A stretch of 64,000 nt of DNA from assembly GCF_000181795.1 (NCBI RefSeq), contig NW_003526941.1, positions 4,031,637 through 4,095,636 of the forward strand, given 5' to 3'. The notes under the pieces are model-generated. The model saw only the letters and a list, made by a program, of their open reading frames with translations, had not been told where the DNA came from and did no database searches. The stretch is from Trichinella spiralis (Eukaryota). Of the stretch, positions 37,635-51,061 are shown piece by piece. The position numbers and the translations under genes were made by a program. The stretch's first letter is position 1; each line of letters begins with the position of its first letter.

Positions 37635-39105
37635 TGTTTTCAACAAGCAAGCTTGAATTTAATTACTGATGGTTATGGTAATGTTCAGGATATATGAGCT
37701 TGAGCGTCAATTGTGACAACAATTTCTTCTTTTTACAATAGAATTTGTATATATTTCCAAAAGAAAATGTTTCAATTTATATTATAAAAGTTTTAATTAA
37801 TTAAATTTATAAAATTATAATTTATAAAATTTTACATAATTTAAACGATTTTTCAAATTGATGAAAAAGTTGTTTTTTGTTGTGAGTAATTTCAACGAAT
37901 GGGTTTTGTTTTTCAATTGTAATTGATGCGAACATTTTGTCGTAATGAAAATTAAGTTCTAAATTTTTCCACAACGGTGTTGAACCTGTTTTGTTGAGTT
38001 TGGGGGGGGGGGGTAAAAAAAGGTTTTGTGAAATTTGTGAAATAGAACAAAAAAAACATTTTTAAAATGTAATTATGCTAGTGTAGTACACGTTCAGTTA
38101 TTATATTGCTCGTTTGTGAAACAACTGAACGCAAAGAGAGCATTGATCAGAAAATTTTATTTTGTTCAAATCGATATTCAAATTTCAAAGCGAACTTTTA
38201 AGCATGCCAGTTTAATTATAAATTAGTGAAAAGCTTGTTTATGGCTAGTTTAGGTCCAAAAATAAATTTTGAAATGAATTTTTCAAGCCCACTTTCAACA
38301 ATGGTAGTGGTTGAAATTTTTATTGATCGTCCGTCGATGGTGAATTTTTGTCTCGTTTCTTCTCGGCTTTGTTTTCAATCTGCGCTGGATGATTTGAATT
38401 ACTTTTGCGCAAATTTATCGTGATTTGCCTGAGTTGAAAATATTACTGCAAGTTTTGATAAATAATAATAAAGAAATGCTAGTTTTTTTTTCTTGTGAGC
38501 ATTTTTCGAAAGTGGCCCTGAAGTTTTTCTTGTTTTCTCTTTTGTTATTCAAATTTTTACCGTTCGACCATTTCGGCGTTCCGGAAGTTGCAAATTTCAC
38601 TTCGCTCATTTTCCGGTCCGGTGATTTTCCACTTTCCGCCTCAGCCAACGCTTTCGAAAATTTTTCTTCAAAATTTCACTGATCCAATTTTTTGAATTTT
38701 TTTTTCTTTCTGCTCACAACCAACAAATCAGTCACGTATGAAACTTGAAAATCAGTATGAATATTTTTTGTGAAGAATAAAAAAAATTATTTTTTTGAAT
38801 TTTTTTCAAAAGAATTGTGAAAATTGAGTGCAAGTGTGCATTTGTGAAACAGTTCCGATTTATCTTTAGATTATCAGGTTTCACTGAACTGAAATTGAAA
38901 TTTGACAATGGTCGATTTTTCAAATTTATCAGAGCAATTTATTTTTTTTTGATAAACTTTCATATTGTCTAATAAAATAATTAAGAAAGAAAATTTAATA
39001 TTTAAATGTGAAAATGCATTTTCTTTTCATAGTGAATTTTTTTAAGTATAAAAATTATACAACATGAACATGATATGAGTATGGATGAAAAATTGAAATT
39101 TATAC

Positions 39106-39262
39106 TGTTGTTGTTGTTGTTGTTGTTCATAGTTAGGAATGATTTATTTTTCACATTAATTTTTTTTCTTGTTTCAACAAGTAAAAATCCTTTAAAATTA
39201 ATTTTTCAAAGTGACAAAAAAAAAGTAGGTCAATCAGAGAGAGAGAGAGAGTGAGAGAGAGA
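39106..39262. repeat. (TTG)n and (AG)n microsatellites in the DUF229/BPI intergenic region
   Basis: TTG run at 39106-39127 and AG run at about 39235-39262. Confidence 0.9.
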
Positions 39263-40865
39263 AAAGTAACGTTGGCGAGAACCAGTCGGCGTCGATCAAT
39301 CAACAACGACTTGCCCGACACTCTCGCTCGTAGTATTTTTCTTCTTCGCGTTGAACCCCGGCGGAAGAATGCAAATTTTTTTTCCCTTCACTCGTTCCCT
39401 TAACGCGCGTGTACAAAGTGACAATTTGAAATGGGAAAGTGGAAAATATTCAACAACATGCACAGAAATTGATGATTTTAAAAATTGAATTTTTGAAACG
39501 CGCGCGTGATTTTTTCTTTTTACGATTCTCAATTTCTTGATTATTATTTATTTATTTAATTAATAATTTAATTTATTGAAGAAGAATATTAGAGAAAAAA
39601 AAGTAAAAATATTGTCGATTACGTTCAATAGACCGGCCGGCTTTTTATATTATAATGTGCAATTTTTTTAATACAAGTTCATCAACGTTGTTGTCGTGTT
39701 GTTTGAGATGGAAATTTTGAAAGTGAAATTGTTCACTCCGAAATCAAATTGCAATTTTTGGAAAAGAAGTTTTGTGAGGTTTTTTTTGTGAATGCAAAAA
39801 ATTTTAATTTAGAAAATCGATAATTTTCTACTCCATAATAATAAGGAATGCGATGCGTCAGTTTTTGTGAAATGTCGTAAAGTAGCGGCAATTTGCCGTC
39901 GACTAATGCGCAGTCGAGAGCTGTGCTTCGCGCATTATGCAAATTTTTACCACGTTAGCAGTACATTTATCTGTTTTTAATAGAACGATGATGACGATGC
40001 TTTTCAGTTTACTTTTATTTCAGGTCGAAGAAAATTTCATCAGCCGAATAAAAGTAAAGAATGGGAATAAATAAATTTCCAATTTTGCAGGTAATTTCAC
40101 TTTACTACTTTTGTAATTATATCTATCTTTTTGCATGTTCAATTGGTACAAAAATCAATTTTCACTTTTCTTCATATTGTTTTTCCAATTCACCAAATAT
40201 CATCTACTGATCTCAATTTATTTATTGTCAATAATTTTTAAAGCAAAACTTTCTTTGTCATTAGAACCGGTTTTTGTCATTCATTTTCTTCTACTAGTAC
40301 ATATTTTTCATTTATTAAATTGGTCAATCGGGTTTGTTGAAATTATTATTTTCTAATTCTTTTTCATAAATTATTAAAATAAGTTTTTTTTTTTCAAAAT
40401 TAAATTAGAAAATATAGACCGTTCTCGTTCGGCAAATTAGCATATCTCTTATCAGTAAATAACGTTTTACCCATTTTTCCACTTCATCACCGTAATACCC
40501 AAAAAACAATCAGACTGTATCATTTGAAGTGTTGCATTTTCTTTTCACTAATGCCAGTTTTCCAATTGGCCAAATTGGAAATGATAAAAGCGAGAATGTG
40601 TGTATATATATAAATTTTTGTCTACCGTATAAGTTTTATACTGTAAAAAGTCTTTTTTTTTGTTTGTTCTCAGTAGAAAGAAATATTTCAGTAAAAATTT
40701 TGATTATTGTATCATTGATATAAAATAATTGAAAGAAATTTTATTTTTTCAATGTCCAATTTGAAGAGAAGTTTTGGAGAAAAAATGGTTTTTTCTTTTT
40801 TTTTAAATTGCATTGAATAAATTAACAAAATTAATAATTGCCATGATTGAATATTTGGGTATAAT

Positions 40866-40883
40866 GGGGGGGGGGGGGGGGGG
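40866..40883 (+). repeat. G18 homopolymer (G-quadruplex-capable)
   Basis: 18 consecutive G in very AT-rich DNA upstream of the BPI/LBP gene. Confidence 0.9.
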
Positions 40884-41340
40884 AAAGCGAAAGTTGACTT
40901 GTAGTGATAAGATGCTTGCCGGTGGGTGTTTTGCGAGTTGATTAGATCGAAATTGAATATTGTCAGTTGAGAAATGGCCTCGAAAAACCGCTTCAATAAA
41001 AGGACAAGTGCAATTAATAAAATGGGCAACCCGTTTGGTAGAATTTAATATCTAAGACTAGAAAGGGGTTTTTTTTCTTCTTCCCCGTCTTCAGTGATCA
41101 GCGATGTGACAAGGGAACATTTTGAATAGAAAGTAAACCGTCTTGTAGAACAGGTTCCAATATGACAAATCAAGCCATAATGGCAAAAGTGGAAGTTTTG
41201 TCTTTCCTTGTAATTGATGTACTCTAAGCGGTCGAAACTGTTGGCAAATTGAAATTAGCATGATGCACTTGGCAGAAGCGTTTAAGCTTCATTGTTAACG
41301 ATATGATCGTTATCAACTGCTGGGTCATATTGATCTTGGC

Positions 41341-43719
41341 ATGCACGCTGATTGGAACCATCGAAAATTCTTGTACGGCTTTTACTATTTATTATTATTA
41401 TTATTATTGTTATTAATATGCGAAATTTTTATAGCTCAACCAATCAATGAACCAGGAATTCGGGTTTTTCTCACGAAAAAAGGTTTGGAACGTGTTTTGG
41501 ACGAATGGAAAAAGTTATTCTGGAAACAATTAGCTCTCAGAGAGCCTGTCAAATTGAGAATATATGGTTTACGGGATTATATAGTTATTAACAATCTTCG
41601 AGTGGGTAGAATTGCTAAAGCCGCCGCAAGCGCATTCATTGAACCTGGTATTGGTTTCAAAGTGATGGTAAGTCAACTTGTGTAAATTATCTTTTGCTCG
41701 ATATTATTATTACAACAGAATTCATTATTATTATTATTATTTTCTAATTAATCATTTAACATTCAATTTGAAGCCATTGTATTTGGTGAGATTCGAACTA
41801 GAATTCTGATTTTAGAGCGTAAAGATTTCAATTCGGTAAAATTGGACACGCATCGTCGATTTTTCTATTCAATTGCATACAAACACGCATGATTCTCTTT
41901 TTGAATTGGAAGCATTTTTGTGCTTTGAAAAGCACTTTTCACGCATTCCATTTTTGTCTTCTACTTTTAGAATTTTTCTGTCATAAAATTTTAATCAATG
42001 TACATTCAAATCCTATATTTATTGTTTTTATGTTAATTTTCTTTTTTTTTAACCAACTTCTTTTTAACAATAGCAGTAATTGTGCGATATTTAAAAACCG
42101 TTGATTTTTTGTTTAAATTTCTAATTTTTCTGTATGCTCAGGTGGACATTTTCATTGCATCCTGCAAATAATTTTCTTCGTAAATGCTGACGCAAATTGT
42201 TTTATACCGTAAACTCACAGAAACAATGAAAATCAAGTTAAAACAATTGATTGCACAATAATTGTCATTCATCTGTACAGTATATCAATTGATGGCAGAA
42301 ATTTTTTAAATAAATAAACATGTATATTTTTAATTTATAGTTTGTCGAAAATTCTCTCTGTTAAAATAACTGATTTTCATCTATTTCTGTCGAATATAAT
42401 ATTTATTTGTTCTAAAGTTGTCGTTGTTCAATGCTTTTTGATTCAGGTCAATTTCCATTCAATTGTTGAACTTTCAGGTTCAAAATTTGAACATAGATTA
42501 TGTTGGCACGTTGACTGCACGTTATCATTCCGAGCAGCAAACGGTAAATATGGTAGCAAATATACCAGATCTCTCTTTCAATGTTGTCGTCCGAGTGGAA
42601 AACAAAAATGGCTTTCTGCAGCCGAAGATGCATTCGTGCGAAGCGTTCGCATCCGAATCGGTCACGTTGCAATTCAACGGTCCCATTCCGAGAGCTTTGT
42701 CGGCAATGCGTTTGCTTCACACGTCGGTGTTGCAAAATTTCGTGGAAAAATCCCTTTGCAAACATGTGCCAACGTTGCTTTTTCCACCATTTCGAACGCT
42801 GTTCAATCCGCCGACGAGAAAGTTGAAATTGTTCGAAAATTATTTTCTAGATTATTCCATGGTCGGAAACGTGACAATCGGTTCGGATTACATGGAAACC
42901 GAGTACAGTGGCGAAATATACATGGATCGTGGTTTCAAGCATTCGACGTCGACTGCGGTCAAAGCACCGCCGATGAAAATCGACCACAAGCGCAAAACTG
43001 ACAGCAGCATGGCTTACATTTATCTCAGCGATTACAGTATCAATACGTTGCTTTATTCCCTTTACCGAGCTGGAAAGTTCGACATGGCCGTCAATCACAA
43101 AACCACGCCCGAATCGTTTGTCAATTATTTGAAAACCGGTTGCCAAGAATCGCAGATTTGTGCTGGGACAATTTTCCCATCGTTGGGCGACAAATATCCG
43201 AACAGCACGTTGGATATACAGATCAAATTGTTGAAATTGCCCAAAGCGACAATCAAAAATGACGCCATTGAAATTGCGAGCGTGTCGACGATGAAAGGAA
43301 GCGTCCGTTCCCAGCGCAACCGACAATATTTGTTCTTCTCTTGCCAAATGGATCTGGTTACTGTAGTCAAGCGATTCCGTCTGCGTCGTTACTATGCCCA
43401 CGTGGACGTCTCATTCGATCACATGGAACTGCGCGACGTGCAAAGCGACATACCGGGCATTGACAAGATGACCATGTCATTTGTGGTCAGCTATGCGCTC
43501 GATTTGCTCGTCAAACCGGACGTGCAAGCGAAACTCAAGCACGGCTTCAAGCTTCCACGAGTCACGGATTTCGAAATGACCAACGGTATCGTGGAACTGG
43601 TGAACGATTTGATCATTGTTGGATTTGATTTTTGCCAAAGCGACTGCATTCAGTCTCAAATTGGCAACGCTGACAACTTGGACAAGGTCAAAATTTCAAA
43701 CACTTATGACGATTATTGA
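41341..43719 (+). CDS. BPI/LBP/CETP-family secreted lipid-binding protein, 2 exons
   Basis: Poly-Leu signal peptide and PGIRVFLTKKGL in exon 41341-41667, spliced at phase 0 to exon 42478-43719. The second exon has MAYIYLSDYSINTLLYSLYRAG, LGDKYPNS and LKHGFKLP. Confidence 0.88.
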
Positions 43720-44321
43720 TCGAACGGCAAAGGGGAAAGATGAAAACGGAAAAAAAGAAACCAAACAAACAAACAATTCGATGAAATACACAAAGTATAC
43801 GTACGTACGGGTAACCAACTAACTAACCAACTAACTAACTAACTAATTAACGGATGCAAATTTTTTATTCACCGACTCCATCCAGCAAACTCTGATTAAT
43901 TTATCTCATTTCAATTATAGAAGCAGAGTAAACAATCAATCAATTTATAAAACAAATTGTGAATTTTTATTACCAACGAGAAGTTCGAATTCTCCAGTAT
44001 AAACAGTATTCATTCGTTCATTCACTGGTTATTTGTGTATAAATAAAATAAACAAACGAATATACAACATTTTCATGTCAAATGATAAAGAACGCCTATG
44101 TCAATGAGAATAATAAAGTTATTCATTCGTGTGCGCGATGTATGAGAAAAATAACTGTGAATTAAAAAATGCAATAAAGAAATTACCGTAGAATAATAAT
44201 TGAACTCATACTGTAATAAGCACAAGAGTAATGTGATATTATAACTGATATATGGAAATAGATACCTTTCTCCAACTGCTTCATCTTCTTTCCTCAACTT
44301 TCATAAAACATTCCAAAATAT

Positions 44322-46876
44322 TTAACGACTTTCGATAAAGACAATCTCTTGACTGTTCAAATTCAAATCAGCAAGTAGTAAATGGCCCTGTTCAATACTG
44401 AGCACACGTCTTGGATACGTTAAAACAAAGTTGTTTTCCAACAACGATATGTGAAGCTGTTGTGCAGCATAATGGAACACATGCTTAATTGAACAAATAA
44501 ATTATTATTAACGCACACAAAAAAATTATTAAAATATGCTTTACTTTCAGTTCAGCTTCTTTACGAAAAGTGCACAGATGCTTCACACCATCGGCATTAC
44601 GAAACATAAAGCTGACCACACTACCTAAAATACATCCATGTAATCAATTAACAATAAATATTTTATTCATATAATATTTTACCTGGTTCAACTGCGCTGT
44701 TGGATTGGACAAAATATTCTTTCCACGATGTATCATATGACGGTGGCAATCCATTTGCCATACTACTGCCATTGTTTGCCTTCTTCAGTGGCGGCAATTG
44801 TTCTTCTAACAGGTTAACAAATTTAGTTATTATACAAAATAATCCAATTATTTTTGATATATTCAATTTACTTTCATAAGACGACGACAATTCTCCCACA
44901 TTTTGGGTAACTTTGCTGCTGCAACAAGCAGTCATGTCTTCCCTTTGACGCTTCCTGCCTACTTTATCCATACCATTTCGTTCCGTCACACAGTTCTGCA
45001 ATTACACCATGCAACAAAAAATTTAAACACAACTGGAATGGAAATTTGTACACAACTAAACGTGCTTATTATTATTATTATTATTATTAACTCACTTTAA
45101 TTATTGAAAACTAAAAGTAAATGAAAATTTCAAGCAAATCATATATAAACATGTTTGAATAAATAATTCATCTTCATTTACTTCATTTTCATTAGTAGTA
45201 ATAATCTTCGGTTCTGTTTCTTCAACAAAAATTGGTTCATCATCGCTGTAGTCGACGGTGATCAACTCCACTCCAGACTCATCTCTGGACGTACAAGGCG
45301 CCTGGTGACCTTCCAAAAATTCAAGAACTGAAAACAGCAGCAATACAACATCAAAATTTCAATAAGAAACAAATGATTTCATAAACCCACTTTCCAAACT
45401 AATGGAAACAGATTCTGTTCCGTTGATCTGAGCCATGCATTCGCCTTAAATATCAATAATGCAAAAAAATATACCATTAAAAATAATTCCTACCCGTTCT
45501 TGGATCAATTATAGCAATGTGCGGAAAAAAATGCACATTGTAATAATTTGTAAAACGCTGACCATCGGTAGTGTTTTGCATGACCTAAAAGCAATTATTA
45601 AATCCTGGCTGCTAACACTACGCCATACCTATATCAAACTACTAAACGTAAACTAAATTTAGAAAAAAATGCACTTATAAATTATTCTACAATTATACAA
45701 TACAATTACAATATACTAAATGTAGCAGCTGGCCCTGCATAAACCTCAAAACAGTACTATCGACAGTAATAATGAAATATGGATCACAGCAATAAAATTA
45801 TCGATATGTATAACAAGTGAATAAAGTATGCAATTGCCATATCATGTAAACAGCTTACTACATAAAAAAAGCATACTGTAGATATAAAAAAGATAAAGTT
45901 GCACACAAATACATTATTCAGTTACTTCCTTTTACCTGCCAAAAAATAAAATTATTTTCGATCAGATCTCGAATTGCGCTACAGCTCCACACGTCACGAT
46001 TTAGCACTTGGCAAGCAAATTGTTGGGGATCTTGAACATTTACCAAAAGCCATCTGTTGCGGCTCTCCGCTTCACGGCGAGCCTTAAAAACGTCAAACTG
46101 AAAATTCAAATAGTGGCAAATTGCATATAATTACAGATTCCCATGATCCACGATACATCAGTTCTAAAGGAGGTCTAAACAACCGTTCGAGCGTTGTAGG
46201 CTTGTCTGAATTCGGTCGACCGTTACCCGTCAACGCGTTCCTATACTCAACTGGAAAAGAAATTTGAAAAATCCAAATTATTTACAGATCCATGTTTTTA
46301 CTTACCAGCTTCAGCAGCAAAGTTACGCAAAGAAACATTCTGTTGCCCTGTAATTATTCTGTTAGTTGAAGCTAAATCAATTGGACATCACTTTAATATT
46401 CTCAAAATTAAAATTTACTGTATAATGTAACATTTCTAGCATGTGACAGTGAATACTAAATCAGCTGCATAAAACTGTAGCATTATATACACATTACAAT
46501 CATAAATATACACAATAATACTCACTTGTGCTGTAAGTCTGATGAAAATTTTCGTTGACCAAAACGCCGGAAGTTGGTGGTATTGGAGGCAGAACATCCC
46601 CGCTTCTAAATGACAATAAATATAACATTCATTCTATTAAAATGAACTTCAAAACGAAAAATTACCTGCTTGGCAAATTTGATTCTTCAGACATTTGAGA
46701 GAGGTACAATTCAATTGCAGTATGTATATTTCCATCAGCTAACTGCATCATGTTGCGCGCAGTTTCATCATCACAGCCTTTACAAAAACATTTTTTACAA
46801 CTTAGTTTAACGTTTTCAAATGCTTACCTAATATACGTTGTAATTCGGAAAACTGTTCTGCGCTTTCCTCGGACAT
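44322..46876 (-). CDS. UBXN7: UBX domain-containing protein 7-like (UBA-UAS-UBX), multi-exon
   Basis: UBA-like ARNMMQLADGNIHTAIELY; TLERLFRPPLELMYRGSWE; UAS domain RWLLVNVQDPQQFACQVLNRDVWS; UBX-like end LTYPRRVL...LNSQEIVFIESR*. Confidence 0.9.
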
Positions 46877-47652
46877 TATCAGTTCACCTTTGCTGTTACT
46901 TACAATATAGCTCCTGGTCGTCAGATTTTACCGTACAATGTAAAATGATAATCACGTTCTACTACAGTGAAGAATGTTTGTGCAAAAAAAACAATTTAAT
47001 TCTTTTGTAATATTTAAATATTTAATTTCTTCATTTTACTGGCACTGTTATTAGTGCACTTATTGCATAAACTGAAAATTTTACTGATTACAACAATGCT
47101 GAAATAAATTTAGAAAATTGTCTGAATATTCAAATTAATATGATGCTTTGTTTGGCACACTTTTATATAAATCTCAGCATATTTTGTTGCACATAGATGA
47201 ATATTTAAGCAAAAGTTTTGTTCATGTATTTTTATAATGCTGTATTCTTAAAATTCATCTTTGTGCAATTCTTTTTTGTTCATTAATAATCATAAAAACT
47301 TAGAAAAGTAATTTGTTTTGCAATTTTTGAACAGCATTTACCGCACGGTCGTTGAAATACACCTAGTGAAACATGATTTTCTTGAATTTTATTTTCAGGT
47401 AATGCTTCAACTGTCTTCTATGTTAAAAAGAAAGCATCACGAGATTAAATAATACTTCGTCAGAAATCTTTAATTGCTTTCTAGTTAACAGTGGAATACA
47501 CTGGTAAACAACGTTTTCTTATAAACATATGTTAATAATTAAATTTCTGAAATGATTATGCTTAATTCACTATAGGTTTATCATTCGATAAGGCAATTTT
47601 TGCAGTCAGATTTCAGGGGCCAAAAACTACCTAAAATTCCATTGCGAATGGC

Positions 47653-48369
47653 ATGAATTCCGAAAATTCATATTGGGGTTTTCTTTATTTTATTTTATTT
47701 ATTTTTGGTAAATATAATTTTGACAAACGCATCACTTTTTATTCACATTTTATTTAGGTTGCAGATGTAGTGATGATTATTTTTTTGAAATCGTGGAACC
47801 TGAGAATTTAAGATATTCTTTGCAAATTCGAATTGCTCAGTTTTGCAAAAGGCCTTCAGAAAATGTTCTTTATATGCGTCTCGTTTTGGCAATGCCTCCT
47901 AAACTTTGCACCGAAGCGGAAAATGCTCAGTTCCTTTGGAATAACGCAGCGCTCATTGAACGCGGGTAATTCCAATTTCCTACATTACTTCTTTCATATT
48001 ACTTTACATTTAGAGAATGTTCTTTTTATCAAAAATCAATGCTAGCAGAGAAATCAGGCGCAAGGGTTGTACTTATTACTGATATTGAGAAAGGAGATGA
48101 CGAATTTTTAGTTATGTCAACTGATGATCCCTCAACTAAATTGAACATTCCTGTATTTTACCTTCCTGGTGTTGATGGGTAAGATATATTTTATTTTATT
48201 GTTGCAAAATTTATCATTGCAAAGCAGACTCGGTATACGAATTTGTTTTAGGAGACATCTGAGGAAACATTTGTTGTACTCTCAAAGTCCCATAAAAATT
48301 CGAATTCCTTTAAACTACAGTACTGTTCAACTGCATTTGGTTCGTAAACCACCGTGGAGTTTGTGGTAA
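47653..48369 (+). CDS. PRADC1: Protease-associated domain-containing protein 1 (secreted PA-domain protein)
   Basis: Signal peptide MNSENSYWGFLYFILFIFG, YFFEIVEPENLRY, ALIERG|ECSFYQK, IPVFYLPGVDG and C-terminal IPLNYS...KPPWSLW*. Confidence 0.88.
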
Positions 48370-48826
48370 TCAGAAAACGTTTTTGTCATGATATAAATTG
48401 TTTTATTGCTTTTAGTTTATATTTGCTTAATTAAATTCTTTATTTTAAGACGTTTCGATTTTCGATAATATCCCATTTTGAAAATTACCAAAACTATTCG
48501 TGGGTTACTCGGACGAGGTACTGTAAATTATAAAAAAGCAAGTTGAAATTATTCTGTGCAACAAAGTTAGTGCAGATGAATTTTTACTTTTCAAGAAATT
48601 ATTTATCATTTTCATTTTTCATAATTACGCGGAAAGATCCTTACGTAGTGGATGCATATTACAATTGTGCATCGCTGATCAAGAAGATTATTTTTCAAGA
48701 ATAGCGGCAGTTCAATTCCAGAATGAAAACATAACAGTAAAAAGTAACTATAAATTTGAAAAACGCAGATTCAAATTACGGTTTTCTTGAACGGTATATT
48801 TTTATATTTAAATTAAATAATTTGCG

Positions 48827-49411
48827 TCAGTCTTTTTTGGCAATTTTTTTCTTTAACATAGCAGCTTTGGCAATTTCAGTCTTCTCTTGACGAAGGCGTT
48901 CAGACATTTTTCCTGTTCGACGATATTCAGAACGATCGTTTAAATACTGCTGTGTACATTCTTGAATGAATTCTGGGTTATAATACCTACAGAATGCAAT
49001 GCTAAAGATCTCGAAACAGATGTACATTTAAAAACTGTCAGAGTCGAGTAAGGTAAAATGTCTTGATGGTAAAATTACATAAAATTTTATTGTATACCAA
49101 GTCAGTAGACATTCATTTAGTTTATCTCTTTCATCATAGCAGCGCCAGATTCTGGTAAACCCATTTTGACTGAAGCATTTTGACAAACTGTCGTAAAATT
49201 CTTTGCACTTTTCCTTTTTTACTCTTTCTTGCACACGTTTCGGAATAACTGTATCACGTTCAACATGCCTCAGTGTTAAATCATTCGGATCATCTAAAAA
49301 TAACGTGTCCCGAGAATGTATAAAAGTTTAACGTCAGCATTAATATTAACTGCGGGCAGGTAATGGAAATGGATTGATCCCAGAATGGTTCGACTGATCG
49401 CACTTATCCAT
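48827..49411 (-). CDS. CMC1: COX assembly mitochondrial protein (twin CX9C), 3 exons
   Basis: LRHVERDTVIPKR, CKEFYDSLSKC, CYDERDKLNEC and YYNPEFIQECTQQYLNDRSEYRRTG. Confidence 0.88.
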
Positions 49412-51061
49412 TTTACATATTTCAAGTAATCTTTCCGCGAGGTTAATGTTTAATGCAGTATGCGTATTACAGTATGCCTGAAGTTAATTTGATTCGAATT
49501 TGTTACACTAAGGTGAAATTATTCTAACATTTTGTTCGAAAATAGGTAGTTAGTTTTAGATAATTTATATTCAAATTAAAATTTTCATATTAACAGAAAT
49601 AAGCAGTTTAACAAGCATCACAAGCCAGCAGGGCATTGTAGTACAGTTGAATTGATTTTTGCATTCAGCGATTTTTTTATTTTAATTTGTTTTAGCAATA
49701 TAATTTAATTAAAATTTAAATTTTTCACTGTCTTTTCAAACAATTTTTTTTTAAAACGAAGAAATTTTGGTATACTGTAATTAGTTTGTACATGATTATT
49801 TTTAAACTGCGGTTGATGTCGTTATTTGTTTTGTATGGTCGATAGTAGTGGGTTGTTGGCTGTTTTGAGAGATTCTGCTTTGCCGCTTTAAAGTACTTTT
49901 TGAAAGGTAAAATGCTTGTCTAATATATTAATTATAATATCGATTTTATAAAATCTAATGTTATTATGTTTTAATGTTTTTTAAATTGATTATTATTGCT
50001 GTTTTCTGTGTGATAAATGGAGTCAGTATTTTCAAAATTATGAGGAATATTTGTTAGTTTATCTTTTAAAACTTTCTTTAAAGCTGTCATAAATAGTATT
50101 TATTATATATTTTTGTCTTTGTAATTTTACATTTATTTTTACATAAATTACATCTGAGTAAATTCCATTTTATATTTTACTGATATGCAATTGAATTATA
50201 AATAAATGATTTGTATGTTATTCTGATCCGCTGATGGTTAGTTTCAAATTCATCTAAAAATTTTCTTAGTTTTGTCAATAATGTGTTGCGTTTTTGTCTT
50301 TTCTATATTTTTAAGTATGGTGGTTGTGACATTTCTTGTGGAGTAGTTCACGTTTACATTTTAAATTTGTTACATGTGCATTGAACGCATCGTCATTATT
50401 CTAAATTATATAGGCATTTCATAAGTATAGTCATATATTGTTATTGTAAGGAAATGTAAGATGGATAAAAATATAAGAATGCATTTCATAGCAGGTGATG
50501 GTCATTTTTCAAGTTTTTAATTCATTATTTTGTTTATTGAAAGTTGTTTGTGTATATTGCTTTAGGTATGTATATTATGACAGTTTGATTCGGTTTTCGT
50601 TTCAATGTTTATTTCATCTTCTTATTCATGTTTACATACAAAATGTACTGTTCTGATGTTCATCATTGAAATTTGTGTGCTTTCTGTTAAATTCTTTGTC
50701 AAAACTGAAAAATTTGTGTAGTAATTATAAGAAATACGTATTACTTTTTAATACATTCAGTGATGTAATTTCTTAATGAGTTTAAATTTTTATGCATGTA
50801 TTTTAAATATATTTTAATTTAAAGTCTTTACTTTACGAATTTGTTCTATTACTGTTTGAAATTTAGTTTCATCTCATTTCTAAATTAGTATATAAATAAA
50901 TCTGTTTTTCCGCCTTTTGAATTTTTTCCAAACGTATATATTTCGTGGTAGTATTTGTTGGGAGACGTTATTTTTTAGATGACTTTTAAATGATACTTTT
51001 TTCAAGTATTTTAGTGATTTGATCTTTATTTTCTCATTCTCTATACCACGACGAGTGTGGA

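Noticed and set aside
38226..38682. Short ORFs in a GC-richer patch containing CCGGAAGT
   Set aside because: No protein features or splice chain. It looks like promoter DNA, and a single ETS-like 8-mer is too weak to call.
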